Positions 45,176 through 53,586 of a DNA stretch of 54,712 bases are shown here, piece after piece. The notes below the pieces were generated by a model. It was not told where the DNA came from and made no database searches. It worked only from the letters and a program-made list of their open reading frames with translations. The translations under genes and the position numbers were made by a program. The stretch spans positions 1 to 54,712 of the forward strand of contig DATDTF010000024.1 in NCBI GenBank assembly GCA_036517795.1. Direction: 5' to 3'. Within the stretch, counting starts at the first letter, position 1. Every line of letters begins with the position of its first letter. This DNA is from Minisyncoccota bacterium. Its GTDB lineage: Bacteria > Patescibacteriota > Minisyncoccia > 2-02-FULL-40-12 > IGHO2-12-FULL-4.

Positions 45176-46200
45176 TTTAGTTGGTCGTCTTTTTTAATTT
45201 GTATTTTTGCTGTTCGGCCGATCAGTTTTTTGTAGTCAACAGCTTTTATTTCTCCTGTGCCGGGTCTTTTGACCCAAATGTTGGCTCGGGTTAATTTTTC
45301 GCCTTTTTGAATGTCTTGAATTGCGACCACGCAGGCATAAGCAAAGTTAATGGTGGGTTGTTCTTCCGGTAGTTTTGTTTTGGTGCCGTTGCGGGCGGCA
45401 AATATCGCTCGGGAACCAAGTATCAGTTCACTCAACTCATGCGGGTCAATTGATATCGGAACATCCGGTCCCGGCCAGCTTTTGTCAGATGTAAAATGTT
45501 TTTCCAGAATAGAAGCCTCTAACGCAACGGCACCGAAACAAGTGTAGTTGCCTAAGGAATGGTCGCTTAATCCGATGACAGCATCTGGAAATGTTCTGGC
45601 CATTTGTCTAATTGAACCTAGTCGTACCTTTTCATATGGCGTGGGATACATAGATGTACAGTGCAGGAGTGCGTAAGGTATTTTATGTCGGCGTAGAATA
45701 GCTACGCTTTTTTTAATGCTTGGGATATCATTCATTCCGGTACTTAAGATGACGGGCTTGTCAAATTTAGCGATATGTTCAATGAGCGGATAGTTATTAC
45801 ATTCGCCCGAACCAATCTTGAATGACAACACCCCCATTTTGTTTAAACGATCTGCGGCTGCCCGTGAGAATGGAGTTGATAGGAATATCATGCCCAGTTT
45901 CTCCGTATATTTTTTAAGTTCAATTTCTTGTTTCTCCGTTAAAGCGCAACGCCGCATAATGTGCCAGATTGATTCTTTGGCGTTGCCGGGAATGACATTC
46001 TTGGCTTGCGGAATCATCTCATCTTCAATAACATGGCTCTGGAACTTTACACATTCAGCTCCGGCTTTTTGGGCGTCAAAAACCATTTGTTTGGCTTTGA
46101 CCATGTCACCCTCATGGTTGATGCCGATTTCGGCGATTACAAGCGGGGGATGGGCTGGCCCAATTTTTCTTCTCCCAATTTGTATAAAATTATTTGCCAT
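45160..46200 (-). CDS. neuB: Nonulosonic acid synthase (N-acetylneuraminate synthase NeuB/LegI/PseI family) with C-terminal SAF domain
   Basis: PLVIAEIGINHEGD, KFQSH and GLSDHS, plus C-terminal VVAIQDIQKGEKLT. ATG 46200 (TAATG overlap with the upstream stop) is preferred over track GTG 46206. Confidence 0.85.
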   Translation of the reverse strand: MANNFIQIGRRKIGPAHPPLVIAEIGINHEGDMVKAKQMVFDAQKAGAECVKFQSHVIEDEMIPQAKNVIPGNAKESIWHIMRRCALTEKQEIELKKYTEKLGMIFLSTPFSRAAADRLNKMGVLSFKIGSGECNNYPLIEHIAKFDKPVILSTGMNDIPSIKKSVAILRRHKIPYALLHCTSMYPTPYEKVRLGSIRQMARTFPDAVIGLSDHSLGNYTCFGAVALEASILEKHFTSDKSWPGPDVPISIDPHELSELILGSRAIFAARNGTKTKLPEEQPTINFAYACVVAIQDIQKGEKLTRANIWVKRPGTGEIKAVDYKKLIGRTAKIQIKKDDQLKWKNI

Positions 46201-46991
46201 TACCACGCCGTCCAGCCGCCATCTTGCATGAATATCCCTCCGGTGCAGTATGACGAGCTGTCGGAAATTAAATATATGATAAGTCCTACATATTCTTCGG
46301 GTCTCGCCATCCTTCCTAGTGGGGTTCGATACGAATAATTTTTAATAAAATCTTTTGACTGTTTTTCTTGAACGCCTCCCGGAACAACGCAATTTACCCT
46401 GATCTGCTTTGGTCCCCAGGCAGTTGCCAAATATTTGGTCAGGGAAATAACGGCTCCCTTGCTTACGCTGTAACTGACTGGTTTGAAAATTCCTTTCGGA
46501 TAGATTCTTTGGTCGGGGCCGACGACGCCGTAAGTAGAGGAAATATTGATGATAGATGACCCCTTTTTCATTTTACTGCCAAAGACCTGACAGCAAAGCA
46601 TTGTTCCGGTTACGTTTACCTCCATATCCTTGTTCCAGCGTGAGAGTTCAAAATCTTCAAAGCGGTCGGTTTTCTTAAGGTTTTCGGCTCGGGCTGTAAT
46701 GGCCGCGTTGTTGATAAGGCCATCAACTTTACCAAACTTTTTCAAAATCTTGTTTTTCGCACTGACAAGCTCTTGTTTTTGGGAAATATCAACTTTGTAG
46801 TAGTGGATATTTCGACCGTATTTTCCAATAGATTTAATATAATCCAAGGCTTGTTGTTCCGGGGTTATGTCCAATAAAATGACCTGCGCTTCATGGGAGG
46901 CCATGGCCTTGGCATAGACCTTGCCCAGCATTCCCATGCCGCCGGTTAAAATAATGACCTTGCCCGATATGTCAAAATGTTTTTTGTCCAT
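46200..46991 (-). CDS. Classical short-chain dehydrogenase/reductase
   Basis: LTGGMGMLG, NNAA and YSVSKGAV (YxxxK). Confidence 0.75.
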   Translation of the reverse strand: MDKKHFDISGKVIILTGGMGMLGKVYAKAMASHEAQVILLDITPEQQALDYIKSIGKYGRNIHYYKVDISQKQELVSAKNKILKKFGKVDGLINNAAITARAENLKKTDRFEDFELSRWNKDMEVNVTGTMLCCQVFGSKMKKGSSIINISSTYGVVGPDQRIYPKGIFKPVSYSVSKGAVISLTKYLATAWGPKQIRVNCVVPGGVQEKQSKDFIKNYSYRTPLGRMARPEEYVGLIIYLISDSSSYCTGGIFMQDGGWTAW

Positions 46992-47000
46992 TTGTTTAAT

Positions 47001-47903
47001 TTATATTTTCTTTATTTTTTCTATTATACCCAAGTCTCTTATGGCTTGGTCTAGGCTTAAGATTGAAGGTATTTTTTCTTTTCTTGCAGAAACAAGCGTG
47101 GCAAATTTAAGTTCATTGATAAAAGTGTCGTTTCGTTCAAATTCAAACTTTTTATTGTAAGTTGGTTTGTTGTTTTCATCGAATATTTTCAGGTCCTTAT
47201 TGATAAGATCACAGAAAATCGTTCCTTTCTCGGCGTGAATTTTTATATAGCGTTCCGGTAATCTCTGAAAATAATTTAAAGTTATAACGATGTTTTTGTT
47301 TTTTTGAATAAAAACCAGCAGGCCCATATCTTCGCTTCTTATTTTTAGGTGGCTAATCTTGGCCCAATATCCCGAGATTTTTTTAATTGGATCTGGAAAA
47401 AGAAATTGGGCATAATTGGTTTCATGTATTAATTCTCTAAGAACTCCACCGCCTAATTTTTTATTGGCCGAATAATTTTTGGTATAATCGCTGGTTCTCC
47501 AGCTGGGCAAATAGCTGCCGCAATGTATCTGAACTAGGTGGATATCACCAAATTTATTTGTTGTCAGGATTTTTTTTAATTCATTTATCATCGGGTGGAA
47601 AATCATGGTGTAGCCGACAAACGCTGATTTGTTTTTTAACATTTTTTTAATCTTTTTGGCCTCGGCTGAATTCATTGCCAGTGGCTTCTCAAACATAAAA
47701 GTATCGCTGTAATCTCTGAACCGCAACGCATCTTTATAGTGGTCTTTTGTTTTTGACGCAATGATAATCAGGTCATATTTTTTTTGTTGAAACTTGCTTT
47801 TTTTGTGCAAAGATTGAACTTCAGCCGAGTGTCCTAAAGTCAGGCAATTCTCGTAGTGCCTTTTGCCGGCCGACCCGAAACCGATTATGCCTACATTTAT
47901 CAT
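47001..47903 (-). CDS. Gfo/Idh/MocA-family oxidoreductase
   Basis: VGIIGFGSAGKRH, FEKP. Confidence 0.65.
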   Translation of the reverse strand: MINVGIIGFGSAGKRHYENCLTLGHSAEVQSLHKKSKFQQKKYDLIIIASKTKDHYKDALRFRDYSDTFMFEKPLAMNSAEAKKIKKMLKNKSAFVGYTMIFHPMINELKKILTTNKFGDIHLVQIHCGSYLPSWRTSDYTKNYSANKKLGGGVLRELIHETNYAQFLFPDPIKKISGYWAKISHLKIRSEDMGLLVFIQKNKNIVITLNYFQRLPERYIKIHAEKGTIFCDLINKDLKIFDENNKPTYNKKFEFERNDTFINELKFATLVSARKEKIPSILSLDQAIRDLGIIEKIKKI

Positions 47904-48622
47904 TTAAATAATTTAAATTTTTGTTTAATTTTACTTCTATGCTTGTAGAGCGTCTCCGCCAGTATCCAATCCTCTACGTGGTCTAAATCTATTGATCTCC
48001 AGCGCGGCATAATAACACCAACGGTGTCCTTGGTCACAAATTTTTTATGTTTAAGGAAAAAATCAGTTTTTAACATGTAAACCATCGCTCCATTTTCAAT
48101 ATAGCCCTTTGGCCAGGCTTGTCTGTTGGTGCTATTACTATTCTGCTTATTGACTAAATAAATTTTGCCTTTCGAGTCTCGGTTATACAGTCTGGGGTGA
48201 GTTTCGCATATTGTGCATAACAATTTTACGTTCGGCTTTATTATTTCTTTGTAGCACGTTTTTATGTCATCAACCTCTCTTAATGGCGAAGTGGTTTGTA
48301 AGAGACAGAATATTTCAGGTTTATAATTAAATTTTTTGTCCAGCCTGTGTAATAAGAGTTCAACTGAATCAGCAATTTTTGCCGTATCAGTGGCCAGATG
48401 AGCCGGTCTCAAGAATGGAACTTCAGCGCCACCTTTGATTGCTATCTCGGCTATTTCTCGGTCATTTGTATCAACTATTACCTTGTCAAATAAGTTGCTT
48501 TTATGGGCTTGATAGATAGCATGCCAAATCAAAGGCTTGCCGGCGAATATGCGGATATTTTTGTTTGGGATTCCCTTTGAACCAGAGCGGGCCGGTATTA
48601 TTGCAAGGTTTTTTTTCTTCAT
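47900..48622 (-). CDS. neuA: Acylneuraminate (CMP-nonulosonate) cytidylyltransferase, paralog 2
   Basis: AIIPARSGSKGIPNKNI, LQTTSPLR. ATG 48622 (MKKKNL) lies directly after the upstream stop and is preferred over track 48652. Confidence 0.8.
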   Translation of the reverse strand: MKKKNLAIIPARSGSKGIPNKNIRIFAGKPLIWHAIYQAHKSNLFDKVIVDTNDREIAEIAIKGGAEVPFLRPAHLATDTAKIADSVELLLHRLDKKFNYKPEIFCLLQTTSPLREVDDIKTCYKEIIKPNVKLLCTICETHPRLYNRDSKGKIYLVNKQNSNSTNRQAWPKGYIENGAMVYMLKTDFFLKHKKFVTKDTVGVIMPRWRSIDLDHVEDWILAETLYKHRSKIKQKFKLFK

Positions 48623-48624
48623 TC

Positions 48625-49839
48625 TTAGGTAACCTGGTGGCGCAACTGCCACTCTTTATTATTATTTTTTTTCCATAGATGCGGAGAACGGCCGGCGTCT
48701 ATAAGTTTCCAAAATTTATCTTTACTGATGCCGGTATAATTCAGAAATTCCTGAAAGTATTTATCCGGGAATTCGGTGTCAAACCTTTTTACAAGAGCTA
48801 CCCCTTCTTCGCGTGTGATTTTTTTATTTCTTATTTCTTGAGCCGCGTCATAGGATGCTCGGCCAATTCCGAATTTAATTAATGTGGTGTAATAGTGAAA
48901 AGCATCAACCTTGTCGTCAATACTGCTATATTTTGAGTAACTTCCCTCGGTTCTTTCGGTGTTTGCCTGAAAGCCGGTGTTTTCTGAGGCGTAGTAGTAA
49001 CACTCTTGCGGGTCCCATTTCAAGTAATAGCCTAGGCAGTGCACCTGGATATCTAGTTTTTTAGCCTCCTTTACTTTTATCGGTAGATAGGGATTCAAGT
49101 CGTTTAAAGAGATTTTTTTATTAGCCAGCAGACTTTTAGCGGAAACTCCTCCCAGAAAGAGGTTGTCGAGGGTGACATCTTCGGTATAAAATTTAGAATT
49201 CATAGTGGGTACATCGTTTTCTTTGAATTTGTTGCCGTATTCGGCTCCATACTCGCCATAAAAGATGAGGGGAATCTTGTAGAGGACGGCAAATTTTGGC
49301 CCCGAATTTTTTTGGCCAATGATGAACGGCTGAAAAGGGTGCAACAAGTTTTCAAATGCCAATTTTGTAAGCAGGCGGTGAACGATGCCGTTTGGTGTAA
49401 ACAAAATATTGTCTAAGCCGCCTATATGCATCCAATTTGTAAAATTTTTCCAGCCGATATCGGTATAAAGATGTGGAGCCCATGTAACGGTCAGGGGATT
49501 CATCCCGTATTTATATTTCAAGATGTGTGCGGTGTAGGCGCTGTCTTTTCCGCCACTACCGGGAACAATGCAGTCATAGTAGCCATTTTTGCTCCTGTAC
49601 TTATCACATAATTTTATTAATTCTTTTTCTCTTGTTTTCCAATTTATCCCTCGATCTTTATACTCGGTGTATCTGCAAGCGTCGCAAACCCCACCTTCTC
49701 CAAAAGCAATCGTTTCCTTTTTCTCGTTTTTTGTGTGTTTAAATTCTACGGTTGAACTGGGCCGCTGATTAGATATGACGCATTTCTTACAGAAAATAAC
49801 CTCTTTCGGTAAACCATATTTTGTGTTTGTTTTTGGCAT
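48625..49839 (-). CDS. N-acetyl sugar amidotransferase (PP-loop ATPase; WbuX/PseA/LfnA family)
   Basis: N-terminal Cys-rich CKKCVISNQRPS...CDAC and PP-loop VPGSGGKDS. Confidence 0.8.
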   Translation of the reverse strand: MPKTNTKYGLPKEVIFCKKCVISNQRPSSTVEFKHTKNEKKETIAFGEGGVCDACRYTEYKDRGINWKTREKELIKLCDKYRSKNGYYDCIVPGSGGKDSAYTAHILKYKYGMNPLTVTWAPHLYTDIGWKNFTNWMHIGGLDNILFTPNGIVHRLLTKLAFENLLHPFQPFIIGQKNSGPKFAVLYKIPLIFYGEYGAEYGNKFKENDVPTMNSKFYTEDVTLDNLFLGGVSAKSLLANKKISLNDLNPYLPIKVKEAKKLDIQVHCLGYYLKWDPQECYYYASENTGFQANTERTEGSYSKYSSIDDKVDAFHYYTTLIKFGIGRASYDAAQEIRNKKITREEGVALVKRFDTEFPDKYFQEFLNYTGISKDKFWKLIDAGRSPHLWKKNNNKEWQLRHQVT

Positions 49840-49856
49840 AATTTAGAAAATGGTTC

Positions 49857-50492
49857 TTAGATAAGTTTGATAAAGTTTTTTATTATTTTCAAGCCTACAT
49901 CTCCGCTTTTTTCCGGATGGAACTGGCAACCGTATATGTTACCATTGCGGAGTGCAGACGGAAAGATATGGCCGCCATATTCGCTGAAAGCCAAAATATC
50001 ATTCTTGTCCTTAGGCTGAAATATGAAAGAATGCACAAAGTAAACTGTAGAATTTTTGCTGATGCCCTCCAGCACCGTTTTCACCCAGTTTTTATTTGTC
50101 GGCTTCATAAGATTATTCCAGCCAAAATGGGGGGTCTTGAAGTTTGCGTTCATTGCCGGAAAGGGCACAACTTTGCCGGGTATCAAGCCAAGTCCCTTGA
50201 ATGTTCCAAATTCGCGACCCTCCTGAAGCATTAACTGTGCGCCCAGACAGATTCCTAGCATGGGCTTGCCGGAACTGGCGAATACTTGCAGGGGTTGAAT
50301 CAGACCACGCCGTCGGAGGCCATCCATGCCGGCCTGAAATGCTCCTGTTCCCGGCAGTACTACTGCGTCGGCTTTGGCTAGTATTGCCGGGTCTTCTGTG
50401 ATAATGGCGGGTGTTTTGAGTTTAGCGAAAGCCTTGGCTATGCTATGCAGGTTATTTACGCCGCAATCAATTATGGCAATTTTCTTCTTCAT
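49857..50492 (-). CDS. hisH: HisH-like glutamine amidotransferase subunit (WbuY-type, glycan amidation)
   Basis: IAIIDCGVNNL, GICLGAQ (catalytic Cys) and FHPEKS. Confidence 0.8.
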   Translation of the reverse strand: MKKKIAIIDCGVNNLHSIAKAFAKLKTPAIITEDPAILAKADAVVLPGTGAFQAGMDGLRRRGLIQPLQVFASSGKPMLGICLGAQLMLQEGREFGTFKGLGLIPGKVVPFPAMNANFKTPHFGWNNLMKPTNKNWVKTVLEGISKNSTVYFVHSFIFQPKDKNDILAFSEYGGHIFPSALRNGNIYGCQFHPEKSGDVGLKIIKNFIKLI

Positions 50493-51253
50493 TCAGTTCT
50501 TATTTTTATTTTTTTACTGGACAAATAATTTTTAAGATTTTTTATTGACAAATCACCGTAGTGAAATACTGTTGAGGCGGAAATAGCGTCCGGGTTGCAT
50601 GTCATATACGCATCGCTGAAAGATTTAAATGTTCCTCCTCCCCCATGGATAACTACCGGAACTTTTGAGAATGAGGTGACGGCTTTGCAGAGGTCGGTGT
50701 CGTAGCCTTTTCTGGTGCCGTCAGCATCAATCGAAGTTAAGAGTATTTCCCCAATGCCTTGCTGAATTGCTTGTTTTATCCATTTAATGGCATCAAGGCC
50801 GGTCTTCTCTCGTCCGCCGTCTGTATAGGCCTCCCAAGAGTTGGGGCTAACCTTCTTAGCTTCAACCGAAAGAACGATGCATTGAGCGCCAAAGGTCCGC
50901 ACAGCTTCACGCAAGAACTGGGGGTGCCTAATGGCATAGGTATTTATGGCAACTTTGTCAGCGCCGGCTCGCAAGACGTTGTTTATGTCATGAATTGAGC
51001 GAATACCGCCACCTACCGTCAGTGGGATAAACACTTCCGAAGCAACCGACCTCAACAACTCTAGATCAAGGTTGCGTTGATAAAGACTGGCCACTATATC
51101 CATGTAAAAAATTTCATCTGCTCCGTCTCTGTAATACTTTTTAGCTAATTTTATTGGTTCACCGACGACTCGAAGTCCTTCGGTGTGTATACCTTTGACC
51201 ACGTTGGGACCCTTGATGTCTAATCGGGGAATTATGCGTATGTTTTTAGGCAT
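50489..51253 (-). CDS. hisF: HisF-like cyclase/synthase subunit (WbuZ-type, glycan amidation)
   Basis: IIPRLDIKG, LTVGGGIR and HGGGG motifs; ATGA overlap with hisH-like. Confidence 0.8.
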   Translation of the reverse strand: MPKNIRIIPRLDIKGPNVVKGIHTEGLRVVGEPIKLAKKYYRDGADEIFYMDIVASLYQRNLDLELLRSVASEVFIPLTVGGGIRSIHDINNVLRAGADKVAINTYAIRHPQFLREAVRTFGAQCIVLSVEAKKVSPNSWEAYTDGGREKTGLDAIKWIKQAIQQGIGEILLTSIDADGTRKGYDTDLCKAVTSFSKVPVVIHGGGGTFKSFSDAYMTCNPDAISASTVFHYGDLSIKNLKNYLSSKKIKIRTE

Positions 51254-51260
51254 ATTCGGT

Positions 51261-51288
51261 ATATTAACTCAATACCCAATAGTATCAA
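51261..51288 (-). promoter_or_regulatory. Promoter of the hisF-like operon (TTGATA-N16-TAATAT), with ATG 7 nt after the -10
   Basis: Minus-strand TTGATA = 51288-51283; TAATAT = 51266-51261. No SD. Confidence 0.5.
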
Positions 51289-51310
51289 TAAGTGTCAAAA
51301 GGTGTCAACT
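51281..51310. repeat. Three 10-bp-phased direct repeats aGTaTCAAta / aGTgTCAAaa / gGTgTCAAct (TTGAYAC on the minus strand)
   Basis: Exact 10-bp period. The promoter-proximal copy doubles as the -35. Confidence 0.85.
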
Positions 51311-51311
51311 C

Positions 51312-51339
51312 TAGACTTATTTATATTAAAAGATATACT
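51312..51339 (+). promoter_or_regulatory. Possible promoter for the 51356 gene (TAGACT-N16-TATACT)
   Basis: Moderate match, 16 nt upstream of the ATG; no SD. Confidence 0.3.
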
Positions 51340-51355
51340 TTAACTAATAAATTAT

Positions 51356-52402
51356 ATGCAAAAAGTCGCCATTATAATTCCAACAATGAACCGTCCTGAT
51401 TTCATCTTCAGGCATTTTGAATTTTATGAATTAATGAATAGTCCCCACCCCATCTATGTTTCAGACAGTAGTAACGAAGAAAATGCGCAAAGAATAAGGG
51501 ACGGGATTAAACGATTTAAAAATCTAAACATAACTTATCAATGGGTTCCACCCGGTAAAGACTGTTTGTACCAGCTGATGCCCTTGATAAAGGAAAAATA
51601 TTGTATGCAAATCGGAGACGACGATTTGGTTATACCGAAAACTGTTTCAGAATGTGCAGATTTTTTGGAAGATCATCCTGACTATGCAACTTGTTCTGGC
51701 AAGCAGATCAACGTTCGTTTCCGGCAAGAAGATTATAATAAGTTCCGAGGCCTTCTTGGTCGGGCAACGCTTCCCATGGGCAGGTCAATGGAAGATGAAG
51801 ATATGCTGGCGCGGGTCAAAAATTTTTGGTCCGACCCGAATTTTATATGTTTTGCCGTAACAAGAACCGAGATAGAGACAAAAATACGCAATGTTACCAA
51901 ACATTTTTTACTTATGGAGACAATTACAGAGGTTATACTGTGGTCTATGCTGATTGTTTATGGAAAAGCGAAAATTATTGATAAGCTGGGGTACATTATG
52001 CAAATAAGCAACAATCGCAGCTTTTCAACTGATCTTGCGATTGATGTTTTGCTGGCGCCGTCAATCAAAGAGAAATGGGGAGCTTGCCAGAATGGGTTAT
52101 CTGAACTTTTGCTGGGACTGGGTGTCTCCAGCGAAGAGAGCAGGAACATATCCAAATGGATTTTCATTCTTTACTTGGCAAACAAATTTACCTATGAGAC
52201 CAGCTGGCGGTCATATGGTTTTCCCAAGAATGCCTCTGCAAAACAAGAATCATCCAAAAAAATAAGGTATTTTGTTGCGCATTTGCCTTTGCTTAAAAAA
52301 ATGTATTACAAATTTAAACCCCCGCAGGATGCCACCAGACCGGAGTCCAAATATTTCAGCGATTTTAAAATTGTTAAAGATTTTTTGGAAGAGAATCGGT
52401 AA
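51356..52402 (+). CDS. GT-A-like glycosyltransferase-domain protein, paralog A
   Basis: VAIIIPTMNRPDF, YVSDSS, QIGDDDLVIP (DXD). About 30 percent identical by eye to the convergent neighbour. Confidence 0.55.
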   Translation: MQKVAIIIPTMNRPDFIFRHFEFYELMNSPHPIYVSDSSNEENAQRIRDGIKRFKNLNITYQWVPPGKDCLYQLMPLIKEKYCMQIGDDDLVIPKTVSECADFLEDHPDYATCSGKQINVRFRQEDYNKFRGLLGRATLPMGRSMEDEDMLARVKNFWSDPNFICFAVTRTEIETKIRNVTKHFLLMETITEVILWSMLIVYGKAKIIDKLGYIMQISNNRSFSTDLAIDVLLAPSIKEKWGACQNGLSELLLGLGVSSEESRNISKWIFILYLANKFTYETSWRSYGFPKNASAKQESSKKIRYFVAHLPLLKKMYYKFKPPQDATRPESKYFSDFKIVKDFLEENR

Positions 52403-53483
52403 AGGAGTCCATCACCGGCTTGAAGTCTTTGTAATACTGGGACCCGGTTCTTAGCACTTCATAGTGCATTTCTTTCGTGTGTTTTATTTGCGGTTTTATA
52501 TGGGCCCGGTAAAGGTTTTTCAAAAAAGGGAGCACACTGACGACATAAGGTTTGATAAAACAAAGAAGATGCCAATAAAAAGGCAGTTCTTTTTTTAAGG
52601 GATAGTGGCCTCTATATTCTTTCACAAGCCGAGGTCCAAGATATCCTAAAAAAGATTGTCGTATAATTTTTGTCGCTTCTTCAAGGGGTATTTTGTCTTT
52701 TTCAGCTAGACTTTTGGATAATGTTTGTTCAAAAATAGTGTAGGATTCACGCCAATCCAATTGTGTGACCCAGTCAAATTCGCCGGGTAATAAAAAATGG
52801 CTGTCATGAATCTGTCTCACAAAACCAAGGCAATCAAGTATTTTTGATTTTCCGGATATTAGCGGTAGGGAGGTGGGTATTATTTCTCCTCGGAACGAAC
52901 GGTCACGGACACTTAAGCCATTTTGCCAATAATTTGCCAGGCCGGCCGTCCTGTTAACTGAAAAATGGGTTACAAAATATGTATTAAAAAAATGCCTTAT
53001 CCTTTCTGCTCCCGTGTTTTCTTCAATCTGTTGTCTCGGATAGTCTGCCAAGCGCTTAAGTTGTCCATATGGTCCGCTTTGCTTCAGACGAAAACTAACC
53101 GCATACCCGCTGGCTGACGAGTAATCATCGTTGGCTTCCAGAAATTCTATGCACTTGGTTATAGAGTCGGGAATTTGGTAGTCGTCGTCGCCACTATAGC
53201 AAATATACCTTTCCCGCACCTCTTTGATTAGGTGGTAGTGTGCTTGTAAATTGTCAAATTCCGGAAGGTAATAATATTTTGCTTTTATGGCGTTGCCAAG
53301 TTTTTTTATCTCATTCTCTATCTTTTCCGATTCTTCTTTTGGGCTGGAGTCGCCGATATAAATAGTGTGCTGGCATTGGACCGAGGCATAATAGCGAAGT
53401 TGTCGGATAACAAAATCAACCCGATTCATGGTAGGTATGAATATTCCGGCTTTTAAGTTTTCGTTTGGTAATGTTTTGTTCAT
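52374..53483 (-). CDS. GT-A-like glycosyltransferase-domain protein, paralog B
   Basis: GIFIPTMNRVDF, YIGDSS, YSGDDDYQIP. ATG 53483 (MNKTLP) is preferred over track TTG 53522, which lies inside the repeat array. Confidence 0.55.
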   Translation of the reverse strand: MNKTLPNENLKAGIFIPTMNRVDFVIRQLRYYASVQCQHTIYIGDSSPKEESEKIENEIKKLGNAIKAKYYYLPEFDNLQAHYHLIKEVRERYICYSGDDDYQIPDSITKCIEFLEANDDYSSASGYAVSFRLKQSGPYGQLKRLADYPRQQIEENTGAERIRHFFNTYFVTHFSVNRTAGLANYWQNGLSVRDRSFRGEIIPTSLPLISGKSKILDCLGFVRQIHDSHFLLPGEFDWVTQLDWRESYTIFEQTLSKSLAEKDKIPLEEATKIIRQSFLGYLGPRLVKEYRGHYPLKKELPFYWHLLCFIKPYVVSVLPFLKNLYRAHIKPQIKHTKEMHYEVLRTGSQYYKDFKPVMDSFTDSLPKNL

Positions 53484-53493
53484 TCCTAATTCT

Positions 53494-53522
53494 ATGTTAT
53501 GCAAAGTATCAAAAAGTATCAA
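53494..53522 (-). promoter_or_regulatory. Promoter for paralog B (TTGATA-N17-TAACAT), with ATG 10 nt after the -10
   Basis: Minus-strand TTGATA = 53522-53517; TAACAT = 53499-53494. Confidence 0.4.
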
Positions 53523-53545
53523 CTGGTGTCAATCTGGCATATCAA
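53506..53545. repeat. Four phased copies of GT(A/G)TCAA (TTGAYAC on the minus strand): 53506, 53516, 53526 (10-bp period) and 53539
   Basis: aaGTATCAAaaaGTATCAActgGTGTCAAtctggcATATCAAca. Confidence 0.85.
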
Positions 53546-53553
53546 CAAATTAA

Positions 53554-53586
53554 CAAAAAAACACCGCTTTTAAATTTAAACGGTGT
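53554..53586 (-). terminator. Intrinsic terminator of the 53576-54592 gene
   Basis: Minus-strand ACACCGTTT-aaattta-AAA(G)CGGTGT followed by TTTTTTT; the stop codon is inside the stem. Confidence 0.7.

Noticed and set aside
49857-51253. HisH and HisF as histidine biosynthesis genes
   Set aside because: They are translationally coupled to a PP-loop N-acetyl-sugar amidotransferase and nonulosonate genes, with no hisA/B/C/D/G/I nearby. This is the known glycan-amidation (WbuY/WbuZ-type) context.
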